From Gammaproteobacteria bacterium (GTDB lineage Bacteria; Pseudomonadota; Gammaproteobacteria; Pseudomonadales; Azotimanducaceae): a stretch of DNA of 64,000 nucleotides. Each line of letters opens with the position of its first letter. The first letter of the stretch is position 1. Below the pieces are notes generated by a model. It worked only from the letters and a program-made list of their open reading frames with translations. It did no database searches and was not told the origin of the DNA. The position numbers were made by a program, and so were the translations under genes. Location of the stretch: assembly GCA_002725095.1 (NCBI GenBank), contig PBQQ01000036.1:21573-85572 (forward strand), read 5' to 3'. Of this stretch, positions 1 through 10,767 are shown one piece after another.

Positions 1-25
1 CGCGTCCAAACCATCCAAGATCATG

Positions 26-3000
26 TCACGCATCCGCTCCGGCAGCGTATTGAACGCGCACATAGCCATCACCAAAAGCCGATCGCAAGGCATGCAGCAG
101 TTCGTCACTCACAGCCACTTTCCAATCGGTGCCAAGACTGATCCGACCTACCGCGTTCTGACCCTGATATAGAACATGTACCGGGCAAGCCCGGTCGTTT
201 TGTCGGTACGGGCCCAATAGGGTTTTTAAACGACTGGGTAAATCCGATGGCATTTCAACCTCAGTGACGTCAATTTCTAACCCCTTACTGAAACGCTGAC
301 GCGCCTCATCAATATTAAGCACGCGACTGCCGCGCACTGCCAGGCCACCGCTGAATTCGTTAAACTGAACCTCGCCTTCGATCACCAACAACTGATCTTT
401 GTTGACCTTCGCCGCATAGTTATCAAAGGTCTCTCCCATCAGCGAAACCTCAATACGCGCGCTGCGATCATCCAACTGCACAAAACACATTGGCACACCA
501 CGCCGACTTTTAGTGGTGCGTACATTTACCACCATTCCCGCAATCCATTGCGGATCTTTGGCCGCTTTCAAATCATCGAGTCGGCGCCGACAAAACTGTC
601 GCAACTCATGTTCATACTCTTGTATCGGATGCCCCGTAAGAAACAACCCCAAGGTCTCTTTCTCTTCATTCAATCGCTCAAGGGTTGCCATAGTCGCGGC
701 GCTCCCGGCGGGCGCACAACTCTGGGGCCCCGTTTGCTGCATACCACCGAACAAGTCCGAAATACCCGCTGCTTGATCGCGCGCCGTTTGTTCGGCGCCT
801 TGTACCGATCTGGGCACCTGTTCCATCAACCGCGCTCGAGTCTGATTCAAATCCTCATTCGCCAACGCAAAATCATCCATCGCACCTGCGCCGACTAACG
901 CTTCGAGCACTCGTTTATTGGCCTTTTTACTGTCGACGCGGTGGCAGAAATCATCTAAATCTTGAAACGGTTGCGCCTGTCGAGCTGCAGTAATTGCGGC
1001 TACAGGACCTTCACCGACTCCACGCACTGCCCCTAGCCCGTACACCACCGCACCGTCTTTGACCGTGAAGCGATGTTCGCTGTCGTTGACACTCGGGGGC
1101 CGCAGCGGCAACTGCATGCGCCGAACCTCCTCGATTAGCACCACAACTCGGTCAATATTCTGCATATCGGCAGAAAGGTTAGCCGCCATAAATTGCGCTG
1201 GGTAGCGCGCTTTCAGCCAAGCCGTTTGCACACTCACCAAAGCGTAAGTCGCCGAGTGGGACTTGTTAAAGGCGTAGCCTGCAAATTTCTCCATCAGATC
1301 AAAAATGTCATTCGCCAGTTGAGGCGCGATGTCATGTTCGCCGGTGCCCTGTAGAAACTGCTCACGCACTTTGGCCATTTCATCGGCTTTCTTTTTCCCC
1401 ATCGCCCGCCGCAACAGGTCTGCTTGGCCAAGCGAAAAGCCTGCCAGCACCTGTGCGATCTGCATCACCTGTTCCTGATACAACACCACGCCATAGGTCG
1501 ACTCTAGAACAGGCTGCAAGCTCGGATGCGGATAGGCCACAGCAGCCTTGCCGTGTTTACGATCGATATAGTCATCCACCGCACCAGACTGCAGCGGCCC
1601 CGGCCGAAACAGCGCCACCAAGGCTATAACATCGTTGATGCCGTCCGGCAGCAAACGCCGAATTAGATCTTTCATGCCCCTTGATTCGAGCTGGAAAATT
1701 CCAGTGGTTTCTGCAGCACGCAACAGCTTAAAAGCGGCGGGATCATCAATCGGAATGTCTTCAACGTCGAGCGCCGACTCGCCCTCAAATTGCCGATGTT
1801 GGTTCACCAATTCCAGTGTCCAATCAACGATTGTTAGGGTCTTCAAGCCCAAGAAATCGAACTTCACGAGGCCTGCACGCTCAACATCGTCTTTATCGTA
1901 TTGCGAAACTAAACCGCCGCCCGAATCTTCTGTGTAGAGCGGCACAAAATCAGTCAGCGCCGACGGCGCGATCACCACACCACCCGCATGGCGACCAACG
2001 TTGCGTACGATGCCTTCGAGCTTATACGCCATGTCCATGATTTCACTGACTTCATCATTAGTGGCGACAAAGTCGGCCATCTCCTGACTTTCTTCCATGG
2101 CCTTAGCTAAGGTCATCCCTACCTCGAAAGGAATCAACTTAGATAATTTGTCAGCAAGACTATACGGCTTACCCTGCACGCGAGCGACATCACGCACCAC
2201 GGCTTTGGCCGCCATAGTGCCAAAAGTAATAATTTGACTGACCGCCTGCACCCCGTACATGTCGCTGACATGCTGAATGACCCGATCCCGACCTTCCATA
2301 CAGAAGTCCACATCAAAGTCGGGCATCGACACCCGCTCGGGATTTAAGAAGCGCTCGAAAAGCAGGTCATATTGCAAAGGATCAAGATCAGTAATGCCCA
2401 ACACATAGGCGACCAAAGAGCCACCGCCTGAACCGCGACCGGGGCCCACGGGAATGTCGTTTTGCTTCGCCCAGGCAATAAATTCCATCACAATCAAAAA
2501 GTAACCGGCAAAGCCCATCTGATTAATGACATCGAGCTCAAATTGCAGACGCTCTTGATAGCCGGCTTCTGTCCATTCATCCGCGGGCCCACCAGCCGCT
2601 AAACGCTCGTCTAATCCTTTTGTGGACAACTGCAAAAGATACTGTTCAGGGGTTTGCTGATCCGGAATCGGATAGTCAGGCAAATAATAGGTGCCCAAGG
2701 CGACTTCGACATTACAGCGTTTTGCGATCTCTACGGCATTGCTTATGGCCGAGGGCACATCTTGGAATAAATCGGCCATTTCCTGCGACGAACGCAGATA
2801 CTGCCACTCGCTATAGCGCCGTTCGCGTCGTCCGTCGTTAAGGGTCCGACCCTCGTGAATACACACTCGGGTTTCGTGCGCCTCAAAGTCTTGCGCTTCG
2901 GCGAAACACACATCGTTGGTTGCAACAACTCCGATATCGCTGTGTCCAGCAATGGAGAGTAATTGGCGTAGATGTTGTTCTTCGTCCGCCCTACCACACC

Positions 3001-3511
3001 GAGTGAGCTCAAGATAATAAGCGTCACCAAAATGGCTTTGCCAACGCTGTGCACGTTGCTGTGCTTGCTCTGTATCACCGTTATTGAGCAGGGACCACAA
3101 ATGCCCGCGGACCCCGCCAGACAGAACGATCAGACCCGCCTTCGCCGCAAAAATTTCTTGTTCTTGGAGCACGCCGCGCTGCGCTGTCGTCGTATAACTG
3201 GCCGAAATGAGCGCCAACAAATTGCGGTAGCCTTCGAGGTCGCGGGCCAGCAGCAGCACCCGTTCAGCGATGCCATCGGCGGTCTCCTGAACTGCAACTT
3301 CCGCCCCCAAAATAGGCTTAACCCCTTGGGCCATACAGGCTTCAAAAAACTTTACCAAGGCAAACAGATTATTGCGGTCAGTAAGCGCAACCGCCGGCAT
3401 ACCGGTCGCCGCCGCACGACCCACTAAATCTTTGACTTTCAGCAAACCATCCGCAAGAGAGTATTCGCTGTGTACATGCAGATGCACGAATTCGGCGGAC
3501 GCAAAACTCAT
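26..3511 (-). CDS. dnaE: DNA polymerase III subunit alpha
   Basis: 1161 aa; N-terminal [18 protein letters not shown], catalytic [23 protein letters not shown]; downstream of rnhB. Confidence 0.98.
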   Translation of the reverse strand: MSFASAEFVHLHVHSEYSLADGLLKVKDLVGRAAATGMPAVALTDRNNLFALVKFFEACMAQGVKPILGAEVAVQETADGIAERVLLLARDLEGYRNLLALISASYTTTAQRGVLQEQEIFAAKAGLIVLSGGVRGHLWSLLNNGDTEQAQQRAQRWQSHFGDAYYLELTRCGRADEEQHLRQLLSIAGHSDIGVVATNDVCFAEAQDFEAHETRVCIHEGRTLNDGRRERRYSEWQYLRSSQEMADLFQDVPSAISNAVEIAKRCNVEVALGTYYLPDYPIPDQQTPEQYLLQLSTKGLDERLAAGGPADEWTEAGYQERLQFELDVINQMGFAGYFLIVMEFIAWAKQNDIPVGPGRGSGGGSLVAYVLGITDLDPLQYDLLFERFLNPERVSMPDFDVDFCMEGRDRVIQHVSDMYGVQAVSQIITFGTMAAKAVVRDVARVQGKPYSLADKLSKLIPFEVGMTLAKAMEESQEMADFVATNDEVSEIMDMAYKLEGIVRNVGRHAGGVVIAPSALTDFVPLYTEDSGGGLVSQYDKDDVERAGLVKFDFLGLKTLTIVDWTLELVNQHRQFEGESALDVEDIPIDDPAAFKLLRAAETTGIFQLESRGMKDLIRRLLPDGINDVIALVALFRPGPLQSGAVDDYIDRKHGKAAVAYPHPSLQPVLESTYGVVLYQEQVMQIAQVLAGFSLGQADLLRRAMGKKKADEMAKVREQFLQGTGEHDIAPQLANDIFDLMEKFAGYAFNKSHSATYALVSVQTAWLKARYPAQFMAANLSADMQNIDRVVVLIEEVRRMQLPLRPPSVNDSEHRFTVKDGAVVYGLGAVRGVGEGPVAAITAARQAQPFQDLDDFCHRVDSKKANKRVLEALVGAGAMDDFALANEDLNQTRARLMEQVPRSVQGAEQTARDQAAGISDLFGGMQQTGPQSCAPAGSAATMATLERLNEEKETLGLFLTGHPIQEYEHELRQFCRRRLDDLKAAKDPQWIAGMVVNVRTTKSRRGVPMCFVQLDDRSARIEVSLMGETFDNYAAKVNKDQLLVIEGEVQFNEFSGGLAVRGSRVLNIDEARQRFSKGLEIDVTEVEMPSDLPSRLKTLLGPYRQNDRACPVHVLYQGQNAVGRISLGTDWKVAVSDELLHALRSAFGDGYVRVQYAAGADA

Positions 3512-4131
3512 AGCTCAGCGCCTGGGCTAGCAGCGCGTTGCACCGGCGCAAAACTGCGCCGATGAGCCTCACAGGGGCCAAGTGCCGCCAAGGCCTGCAA
3601 ATGATGCTTGGTCGGATAACCTTTGTGACGTTCGAAGCCGTAGCCCGGAAAACGTGCTGCGAGTTCCACCAATTGTCGATCTCGAGTCACCTTAGCAACG
3701 ATCGAGGCCGCACTTATCGCCGCCACACGCTGATCGCCTTTGACAACGGCCCGAGCAGGCAAGCCAAAATCAGGGGTCTTATTACCATCGACTAACACCG
3801 TATCCGGGGTGACAGATAAACCCGCGACTGCACGCTGCATCGCCAAATGGCTCGCGACGAGCACGTTATGACGGTCTACTTCCGCCACGCTTGCGCTCCC
3901 AAGTGACCAACTCAGTGACTGCCTGCAAATAATCTCGGCCAACCGTTCTCTGGCTTTCTCTGATAAACGTTTAGAGTCTCGCAGATCGTCGATCGGCACG
4001 GTTGGATCAAGAATGACCGCGCACGCGACGACGGCTCCCGCCAACGGCCCAATACCGACTTCGTCGACGCCCGCCAGAACCCCATAGGGTGACACATCGA
4101 TGGGCTCCAATATTTGCTGTCGCTGAGGCAA
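3508..4131 (-). CDS. rnhB: Ribonuclease HII
   Basis: AGVDEVG(I)[33 protein letters not shown]; start moved to TTG 4131 after a GGAGG SD (ORF track start 4179). Confidence 0.95.
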   Translation of the reverse strand: MPQRQQILEPIDVSPYGVLAGVDEVGIGPLAGAVVACAVILDPTVPIDDLRDSKRLSEKARERLAEIICRQSLSWSLGSASVAEVDRHNVLVASHLAMQRAVAGLSVTPDTVLVDGNKTPDFGLPARAVVKGDQRVAAISAASIVAKVTRDRQLVELAARFPGYGFERHKGYPTKHHLQALAALGPCEAHRRSFAPVQRAASPGAEL

Positions 4132-4202
4132 CACCCCTCCGCTCTTCCGTACGAATCCAGCCCCAAGCTTAGCGCACACCCCCGTTTCATTTGTAGAGTA
4201 AT

Positions 4203-5390
4203 TTAACGTTTGTGCGGCGTTAGCTGCTTTAAAATCTCCAAAGCAGCGGTAACACTGGCTCCCTGCCCCGAGGCGCCGTCGCGTAATTGCCGATGCATTT
4301 CGGCAAACACGTCTGCGCTGCGTTTTAATCCGTTTTGTTCGTTAAGCTGGGGCAACAGCGCCTGCACCAGCGCCTCAGGCGTTGCCGCGTCTTGTATAAG
4401 CTCTGGCACAAGTTCTTCGCCAGCCAAAATATTGGGTAACGCTATGTAGGGCGTATTGACGAGCCGGCTGGCAATTCGGTAGCTGAGCGCACCCAACTTA
4501 TAACTCACCACCATTGGACGGCCCAGCAACATGGCCTCGAGCGTACTGGTACCGGATTTGATCATCGCAACATCCGCGGCAACCAGCGCAGACCGCGCAT
4601 CGTTGTCCACTAAGTGGACCGACAAGTCGGCAAACGGCGGTAACAAGGCTTCGATCTGACTCCGGCGCGCCGCATTAACACAGGGGATCACCGCACTGAT
4701 GCGCCGTTGCGGGAACAGTTGACACAACAACCGTACCGCAGCCAAAAAGGGCTCAAGCATCAACGCAACTTCACTACTGCGACTGCCCGGCAGCACTGCA
4801 ATCACCAGTTCCTCTTGATCAATTTGCAACCGTGCTCGGCACTGACGACGCGCGGTCGCACTGCCTGCATCAAGTTCGATCGCTTGCGCTAGGGGATGCC
4901 CAACAAAGACCGCGCGCAGCGGCAGGCCCGCATAGAATTTCGGTTCAAAGGGATACAAACAGAACAACAGATCCGCACACTGAGCGACCTTCTTAGTACG
5001 ACCCTTGCGCCAGGCGTAGACCGACGGACTGACATAGTGCGCAGTTACGATGCCGGATCTACGCAAGCGTTTTTCCAACAGAAAGTTAAAGACGTTAAAA
5101 TCGATACCAACGAACGCGTCTATGGCTTCGTCTTTAAACGTCTGCGCGAGTTGACGATACAGTCGCCACAGCTGCGGCAACCGCAACAACGGCTCTTTGA
5201 AGCCATTGACCGCTAAGCTGTCAAAAGCCGCCAAAGAACGCAGGCCTCGGGCCATCATCGCTGGACCACCGACCCCTACAAACTCAATCTTTTCTCCTGC
5301 GCTAAGTTGCTCGCGCAAGGCATCCATAAGCCCCGCCGCCAAATTGTCGCCCGAAGGTTCTCCAGCCAGCAGGCCTATTTTGATGGTCAT
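4203..5390 (-). CDS. lpxB: Lipid-A-disaccharide synthase
   Basis: [36 protein letters not shown] motifs; lpx cluster synteny. Confidence 0.97.
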   Translation of the reverse strand: MTIKIGLLAGEPSGDNLAAGLMDALREQLSAGEKIEFVGVGGPAMMARGLRSLAAFDSLAVNGFKEPLLRLPQLWRLYRQLAQTFKDEAIDAFVGIDFNVFNFLLEKRLRRSGIVTAHYVSPSVYAWRKGRTKKVAQCADLLFCLYPFEPKFYAGLPLRAVFVGHPLAQAIELDAGSATARRQCRARLQIDQEELVIAVLPGSRSSEVALMLEPFLAAVRLLCQLFPQRRISAVIPCVNAARRSQIEALLPPFADLSVHLVDNDARSALVAADVAMIKSGTSTLEAMLLGRPMVVSYKLGALSYRIASRLVNTPYIALPNILAGEELVPELIQDAATPEALVQALLPQLNEQNGLKRSADVFAEMHRQLRDGASGQGASVTAALEILKQLTPHKR

Positions 5391-5407
5391 AACTGGGAAC
5401 AGGCCGC

Positions 5408-6196
5408 TTAATGACTGTTCCGGCCTCGAATGATGCCTTTCGCAGAGGCCTCTACCGACGCTGCAAACTGTTCGACTTCCGCGGACTGCTGTCGCGGCAG
5501 CGCTAATTCGTCAATGGCTTCACCGACACGCAAACCTTTTCGGTAAACCGTTCTGTACGCCTGCTTGAGCAAGTCAATCGTCTCGCCACTGTAGCCTCTG
5601 CGCTTCATGCCTTCCGTATTCATACCCACCGCGAACGCTGGGTTCCCGGCAACCGTCATATAAGCCGGCACATCTTTGGTGACCATACTCATCGCTGCAA
5701 TGTGGGTATGCGCGCCGATCCTTCGAAACTGAGGTACGCCGACATAGCCACCAAAATTAGCGTAATCGCCGACTTCTACATGCCCAGCCAAAGACGCATT
5801 ATTGGCCATGATCACATGATCTCCGACGACACAGTCGTGACCAACGTGAACATAGGCCATAAGCAAGCAATGGCTGCCCACCTCGGTGCGCCCGATGCCG
5901 CCTTTGTTCATACCACGGTGGATGGTGACGCCTTCGCGGATGATTGTATGTGCACCAATTTCGAGGGTCGACGCCTCACCGGCGTAGGCTAATGCCGGAG
6001 TAGCCTCACCGACGCTGGCAAATTGATAAATCTTCACACCCTCGCCTATTCGGCATGGTCCTTTAACAATTACATGTGAGGCGATTTCTACGTCATCGGC
6101 CAACTCAACGCCCGGGCCAATGACCGACCACGGACCTATACTGACTCCAACACCTAATTTTGCGCTTGGATCCACTATGGCGCTGGCGTGAATCAT
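5408..6196 (-). CDS. lpxA: UDP-N-acetylglucosamine acyltransferase
   Basis: Hexapeptide repeats, IREGVTIHRG, HVGHDC; between fabZ and lpxB. Confidence 0.97.
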   Translation of the reverse strand: MIHASAIVDPSAKLGVGVSIGPWSVIGPGVELADDVEIASHVIVKGPCRIGEGVKIYQFASVGEATPALAYAGEASTLEIGAHTIIREGVTIHRGMNKGGIGRTEVGSHCLLMAYVHVGHDCVVGDHVIMANNASLAGHVEVGDYANFGGYVGVPQFRRIGAHTHIAAMSMVTKDVPAYMTVAGNPAFAVGMNTEGMKRRGYSGETIDLLKQAYRTVYRKGLRVGEAIDELALPRQQSAEVEQFAASVEASAKGIIRGRNSH

Positions 6197-6657
6197 GTCG
6201 CCTCAACCCCTTCGTTGATTTGTTCAACAACAGATAAACTGGCGGAACATGCGAGTTCGCCGTCGACACGCGCCTCACATTCAAACTTAACCATCATGGC
6301 TCTTTGCGCCACTAAGCGACTGTGCAGTTCTAACTGATCTCCGGGCACCACAGGTCGGCGAAACCGCGCCTTATCGACCCCACCAAACAAATAGTTGCGG
6401 CCATCGGCGGGTCGCGTACCTTTAGTTTCAAACGCCAAAACGCCAGAAATTTGCGCCATAGCTTCAAGTATCAAAACCCCGGGCATGATCGGCTGCTGGG
6501 GGAAATGCCCAGTAAACATGGGTTCGTTGAAGGTGATGTTTTTATAACCACGGATAAACTCGCCTTTTACCACTTCAGTAACCCGATCGAGCAATAAAAA
6601 TGGATAGCGGTGAGGCAAATATTCGAACAGATCAGTGATTGTTTTGACGTCACTCAT
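6193..6657 (-). CDS. fabZ: 3-hydroxyacyl-ACP dehydratase
   Basis: LPHRYPFLLLD, F.GHFP..PIMPGVLILEAMAQ. Confidence 0.97.
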   Translation of the reverse strand: MSDVKTITDLFEYLPHRYPFLLLDRVTEVVKGEFIRGYKNITFNEPMFTGHFPQQPIMPGVLILEAMAQISGVLAFETKGTRPADGRNYLFGGVDKARFRRPVVPGDQLELHSRLVAQRAMMVKFECEARVDGELACSASLSVVEQINEGVEAT

Positions 6658-7723
6658 TGTCTTTCTCCCGCTCTTCTATCGCTTTTACCCGTTTGAATAG
6701 ATCATTCAACTTGCCGAAACGCAACGCGTTGCGTAACCAATGACCGTGCTCGCTGGCCACCACCCCGCTCGAGTACACGCCAGGTTTATCAATGGATTGA
6801 GTGATCGTTGTCATTACACTGATCGTAACCCCATCACACAATGTAATCGGATTCTTACCGCCGATACCGACGCCTCCAGCGATGACGCAGTGTTTACCGA
6901 TCACCGTGCTGCCCGCCATGCCCGCACAGCCACAAATAATACTGTGCGCGCCGACTCGGCAGTTGTGCCCAATATGCACCTGATCGTCCATCTTCACACC
7001 GTCTTCGATGACGGTGTCTTCTATGGCGCCTCGATCGATCGTAGTACCTGCGCCAATACGCACATCTGCACCAATAACCAATCCGCCTAACTGCTCTATA
7101 GGATGCAAATGGCCATCCTGATCTGGGGTATAGCCAAAACCCGACGATCCAAGCACCGACCCGCTGTGAATCACCGAGCGGGGACCAATACTGACATCCG
7201 CATAGACGCTGACGTTACTCATGATCACTACGTCTTCAGCTACCGTAACGCGATCACTGATGCTGACATTCGCATGTACGGTTACGTCTGCGCCGATCAC
7301 TACATCAGCACCAATGACAACATTGGCTCCGAGGCGCGCGGTAGCGGCGACCGAGGCCGAGGGGTGAACAATCGCCGTGGGGTGAATGCCGCCATCAACT
7401 GACAACGGCACCGCGAACAACGCCGACGCTTTAGCAAACGCTAGATACGGCTGTTCCACCACTAGTGCGATACATGGACATTGCTGTAGGTCTTGCTCGC
7501 TCAATATAACGGCGCTGGCGTCGGTTTCGGGCAAGAGCGAACGGTAAGCTGCGCCAGACAAATGGCTTAATTGTCCGGGCTGAGCATTAGCCAAACCGCC
7601 GAGGCCGCTGACGGGCAGAGCCGCCAGCGTCTCGGCATCGAACTTTTGTGATAGCGCGTCTGCCACCGCGATTTGCGCGCCGAGATGCTCTGCAATCTCT
7701 CCTAAGTTAAGAGTTCTTGCCAT
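6650..7723 (-). CDS. lpxD: UDP-3-O-(3-hydroxyacyl)glucosamine N-acyltransferase
   Basis: LpxD N-domain (PYLAFA), hexapeptide repeats, GFGY, TTIDRGA, QVHIGHN. Confidence 0.96.
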   Translation of the reverse strand: MARTLNLGEIAEHLGAQIAVADALSQKFDAETLAALPVSGLGGLANAQPGQLSHLSGAAYRSLLPETDASAVILSEQDLQQCPCIALVVEQPYLAFAKASALFAVPLSVDGGIHPTAIVHPSASVAATARLGANVVIGADVVIGADVTVHANVSISDRVTVAEDVVIMSNVSVYADVSIGPRSVIHSGSVLGSSGFGYTPDQDGHLHPIEQLGGLVIGADVRIGAGTTIDRGAIEDTVIEDGVKMDDQVHIGHNCRVGAHSIICGCAGMAGSTVIGKHCVIAGGVGIGGKNPITLCDGVTISVMTTITQSIDKPGVYSSGVVASEHGHWLRNALRFGKLNDLFKRVKAIEEREKDNE

Positions 7724-7759
7724 CAACGGCGGCTCAGTCGCGGATGGGGCGCGTCCTGA

Positions 7760-8269
7760 TTAATCGCGGGCTTCGTTGAGCTTTTCAACTACCCGACGGG
7801 TGATGTCGTGTTTGTCGTTAGCGTATTGCAAAGAATTAGGGGCCAAAATCATATCGATCTGATCGATCTGGATCAGGTCTTTGAGGACCGTATCGTACTT
7901 TGGCGCTAAGGTCTGAAGGATTTCTTGGCGCTTGTCTTGGGCAGTCTTTTGGAGTTTTTGTGAACCAAACTGCAGATCCGCCTGCATGCTTTCGATCTCT
8001 TTGATGATCTTGCGCTTATCGGCATCGCTCAAAATCTCACCATCTTTTTGCAACTTGGTTTGCTGCGCCTGGAGCGTTTCTGCCATACCGCGCAGTTCGT
8101 TTTGCTCAGCCTCCATTTCTTTATTCGCAGCTTCGACAAGAACTTTACCCTCATCACTTTCAAGAATTGCGCGAACGGGATCCAATACTACGATCTTCAT
8201 TTCTGCAAAAGCAGCGGGAGCAAGGGTCGCGCTTACGAGCACCAACATTGCCATTACGTTCTTGATCAT
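7760..8269 (-). CDS. skp: Periplasmic chaperone Skp/OmpH
   Basis: Signal peptide, KIVVLD, coiled-coil body, DIT..V...LN C-terminus; between bamA and lpxD; AGGAG SD. Confidence 0.92.
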   Translation of the reverse strand: MIKNVMAMLVLVSATLAPAAFAEMKIVVLDPVRAILESDEGKVLVEAANKEMEAEQNELRGMAETLQAQQTKLQKDGEILSDADKRKIIKEIESMQADLQFGSQKLQKTAQDKRQEILQTLAPKYDTVLKDLIQIDQIDMILAPNSLQYANDKHDITRRVVEKLNEARD

Positions 8270-8299
8270 CGTTCTCTCCTAATTACAAATTGTCGGCTA

Positions 8300-8322
8300 A
8301 CAAGCGGCGCATTCTATACCAG
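8300..8322 (-). promoter_or_regulatory. Putative internal sigma70 promoter for skp-lpxD
   Basis: Minus strand TGGTATAGAATGCGCCGC: -10-like TAGAAT (8311-8316) followed by GC-rich discriminator, in the bamA-skp gap. Confidence 0.5.
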
Positions 8323-8327
8323 CTCTG

Positions 8328-10733
8328 TTAGAAAGTGCGCCCAAGTTCAAATTGAAACATTTCTTTTTCATCAAACGGCTGGGTCTGAAACGGCTTCGCA
8401 AAGCTGAACGTCAATGGTCCCATGCCACTCAACCAACTCACCCCCACACCCACCGAATAGCGGAAATTGTCAGCATCAAAGCCAAAACAATTGATGCTGA
8501 CCGCTGGGCAGTCGGTGTTAAAAACGTTACCCGCATCCACGAACAGGGCTGGCCGAAACTGTCGGTTGTCGTCGACGAACGGCATCGGGAAAATCAGTTC
8601 GGCCGTTGCTTCAACCAGCAGATTGCCACCAAAGGGATCGCCATCTCTGTCGCGGAAATATACAGGGTTACCTTCAGCATCCAGCGGCGGCGTACTTCGC
8701 GGACCCAGTGTCGAATTTTCGAATCCGCGAATCGACCCAAAGCCACCACCATAAAAATGCTCGTAAAACGGCAATCCCGGCGTATCGCCGTAACCGCCAC
8801 CATACCCCAACTCGGTGCGCAAACGCAGGGTCCAACTGTTAGTGATAGGGAAATAGCGCTCGCCGTTGTATATAAACTTAAAAAACTGCAGATCACTGCC
8901 CGGCACCGAAATCTCCGCCGCTACGGATTGAGAGGTGCCACGATCTGCAAAAATGCCGCGATTTAGCGTTGACCGACTCCACGAAACATTCGCTTTAAGG
9001 TTCACCGACGTGGAGCCGTTAATATTTATGAACTCAGTAATTTCCTGAGCCGCGTAGTAGCCCTCCGTGATCTCCGTATATTCCGCCAGAACCCCAAAAT
9101 TGATCCGCTGCGTTTCGCTGATGGGCAACCCGAAGTTCACCCCGAGGCCAGCCGCATCGGTGCTGTACCGCGCGATGTTGCGGGCGTCGTAATCTAGCCG
9201 TCGAAGAAAAACGTTATAGCCGCGACTGATGCCGTCCATAGTGAAGTACGGATCAAAGTAGTTAAAATTCAGCGACTTCTGAAATTGCGACAGGCTCAAC
9301 CCGACATTGAGACTGTTGCCCGAACCCTGCAGATTCGACTGTTGGTAATTTCCACCAATAATCAATCCATACCCCTGAGAGTACGCAAGCGTTCCGGAAA
9401 TGGATCCCGACGGTTGTTCTTCAACGCTATAGTTCACGTCAATTTGATCGTCCTTACCTGCCACCTGCGGCGTTTCCACCTCAACACCCTTAAAATAACC
9501 CAGCCGCTCTAAGCGCACCTTGGTTAAGTCAATTTGTGCGGTGGAGGCCCAGCCGCCCTCCATTTGCCTCGACTCACGACGCATCACCTCGTCTTGGGTC
9601 ATAGCGTTACCGGTAAACGATATCCGCCGCACATAAGCGCGCTTACCCGAGTCCACAAAAAACTCCACATCCACCGTCTGGTCGTCGTTCAATTTGGGCA
9701 CCCCACTGGCGGTCGCAAAGGTGAAGCCGCCATTGCCTAACGCGTTGGTCAATCGCTCTTCGGTGGCTGTGATAAGCGCCTGAGAAAATGTCTGACCTTC
9801 TTGAACGATGATTAACCGGCGCAAATCTTCCGCTTTGACATCACCGAGCTCGCCCACCAAGTTAACTTTGCTGACTTGGTAAATATCGCCTTCGTCCACG
9901 GCAATACTGATGTACACCTGCTGGCGGTCGGGGGTAATGCTGACCTCGGTGGATTCGATATTAAAGTCGGCATAACCACGGTCCTTGTAGAACGCCTCGA
10001 GCGACTCTAGGTCTCCTGACAACTTCTCTCGGGAGTATTTGTCATCATTCTTATAAAATGAGAGCAAACTCGGGTGTTTCAGCTCTAGCGCATCCAACAA
10101 CTCTTCTTGCGGAAATAATTCTGCGCCGACCACGTTTATGTGACGGATCCCAGAGCTCTTGCCTTCTTCAATGATGATTTTAATGTTGACCCGATTACGC
10201 GGCAGATCCTCAATATCCGTATCAATACTTGCGCCATAGCGTCCTTGAGCAACATATTGTCGTTCCAGCTCTAGGCCCATCCGTTCCAGCGTAACCTGTT
10301 TGAAAATCTCGCCCTCTTTGAGCCCCTGCTCCGCAAGCCCACCTAACAGCGCTTCTGACTCAATTGCTTTGTTGCCTTCTAATTCAATGGACTCAATCGC
10401 TGGGCGCTCAACCAAGGTAACGATCAAAACTCCGTCATCGCGAGCCAACTGGATATCTTTGAAATAGCCCGAACGAAACAGTGCACGCATGGTCGAACGG
10501 ATCTCGACGCCGTCCAATGCATCACCAACACTTACCGGAATCAGATTAAACACCGTGCCCGCGGACACTCGCTGGAGACCCTGCAAGCGCACATCTTCTA
10601 CAACGAATCGGCTGTCGATCTGGAAGCTTTCATTGGTCGAACTGGCGGCAAACACCGCACCGGAGCTTAACAGTGCCAACATCATCGCCACCATGAACAA
10701 ATTCCATAGGCGAAACACAAAGAAAGTGTGCAA
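8328..10733 (-). CDS. bamA: Outer membrane protein assembly factor BamA
   Basis: POTRA repeats (GLQRVS, LF.SGYF, RLGYF), IRGF loop-6 motif, C-terminal FQFELGRTF; likely TTG start 10733 after CAGGA (ORF track 10775). Confidence 0.97.
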   Translation of the reverse strand: MHTFFVFRLWNLFMVAMMLALLSSGAVFAASSTNESFQIDSRFVVEDVRLQGLQRVSAGTVFNLIPVSVGDALDGVEIRSTMRALFRSGYFKDIQLARDDGVLIVTLVERPAIESIELEGNKAIESEALLGGLAEQGLKEGEIFKQVTLERMGLELERQYVAQGRYGASIDTDIEDLPRNRVNIKIIIEEGKSSGIRHINVVGAELFPQEELLDALELKHPSLLSFYKNDDKYSREKLSGDLESLEAFYKDRGYADFNIESTEVSITPDRQQVYISIAVDEGDIYQVSKVNLVGELGDVKAEDLRRLIIVQEGQTFSQALITATEERLTNALGNGGFTFATASGVPKLNDDQTVDVEFFVDSGKRAYVRRISFTGNAMTQDEVMRRESRQMEGGWASTAQIDLTKVRLERLGYFKGVEVETPQVAGKDDQIDVNYSVEEQPSGSISGTLAYSQGYGLIIGGNYQQSNLQGSGNSLNVGLSLSQFQKSLNFNYFDPYFTMDGISRGYNVFLRRLDYDARNIARYSTDAAGLGVNFGLPISETQRINFGVLAEYTEITEGYYAAQEITEFININGSTSVNLKANVSWSRSTLNRGIFADRGTSQSVAAEISVPGSDLQFFKFIYNGERYFPITNSWTLRLRTELGYGGGYGDTPGLPFYEHFYGGGFGSIRGFENSTLGPRSTPPLDAEGNPVYFRDRDGDPFGGNLLVEATAELIFPMPFVDDNRQFRPALFVDAGNVFNTDCPAVSINCFGFDADNFRYSVGVGVSWLSGMGPLTFSFAKPFQTQPFDEKEMFQFELGRTF

Positions 10734-10767
10734 AATTATTTCCTGTTTATATTCGCAGAACGAATGG

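Noticed and set aside
26-3511. Intein or split in dnaE
   Set aside because: The length (1161 aa) is typical, and no intein motifs or insertions are visible.
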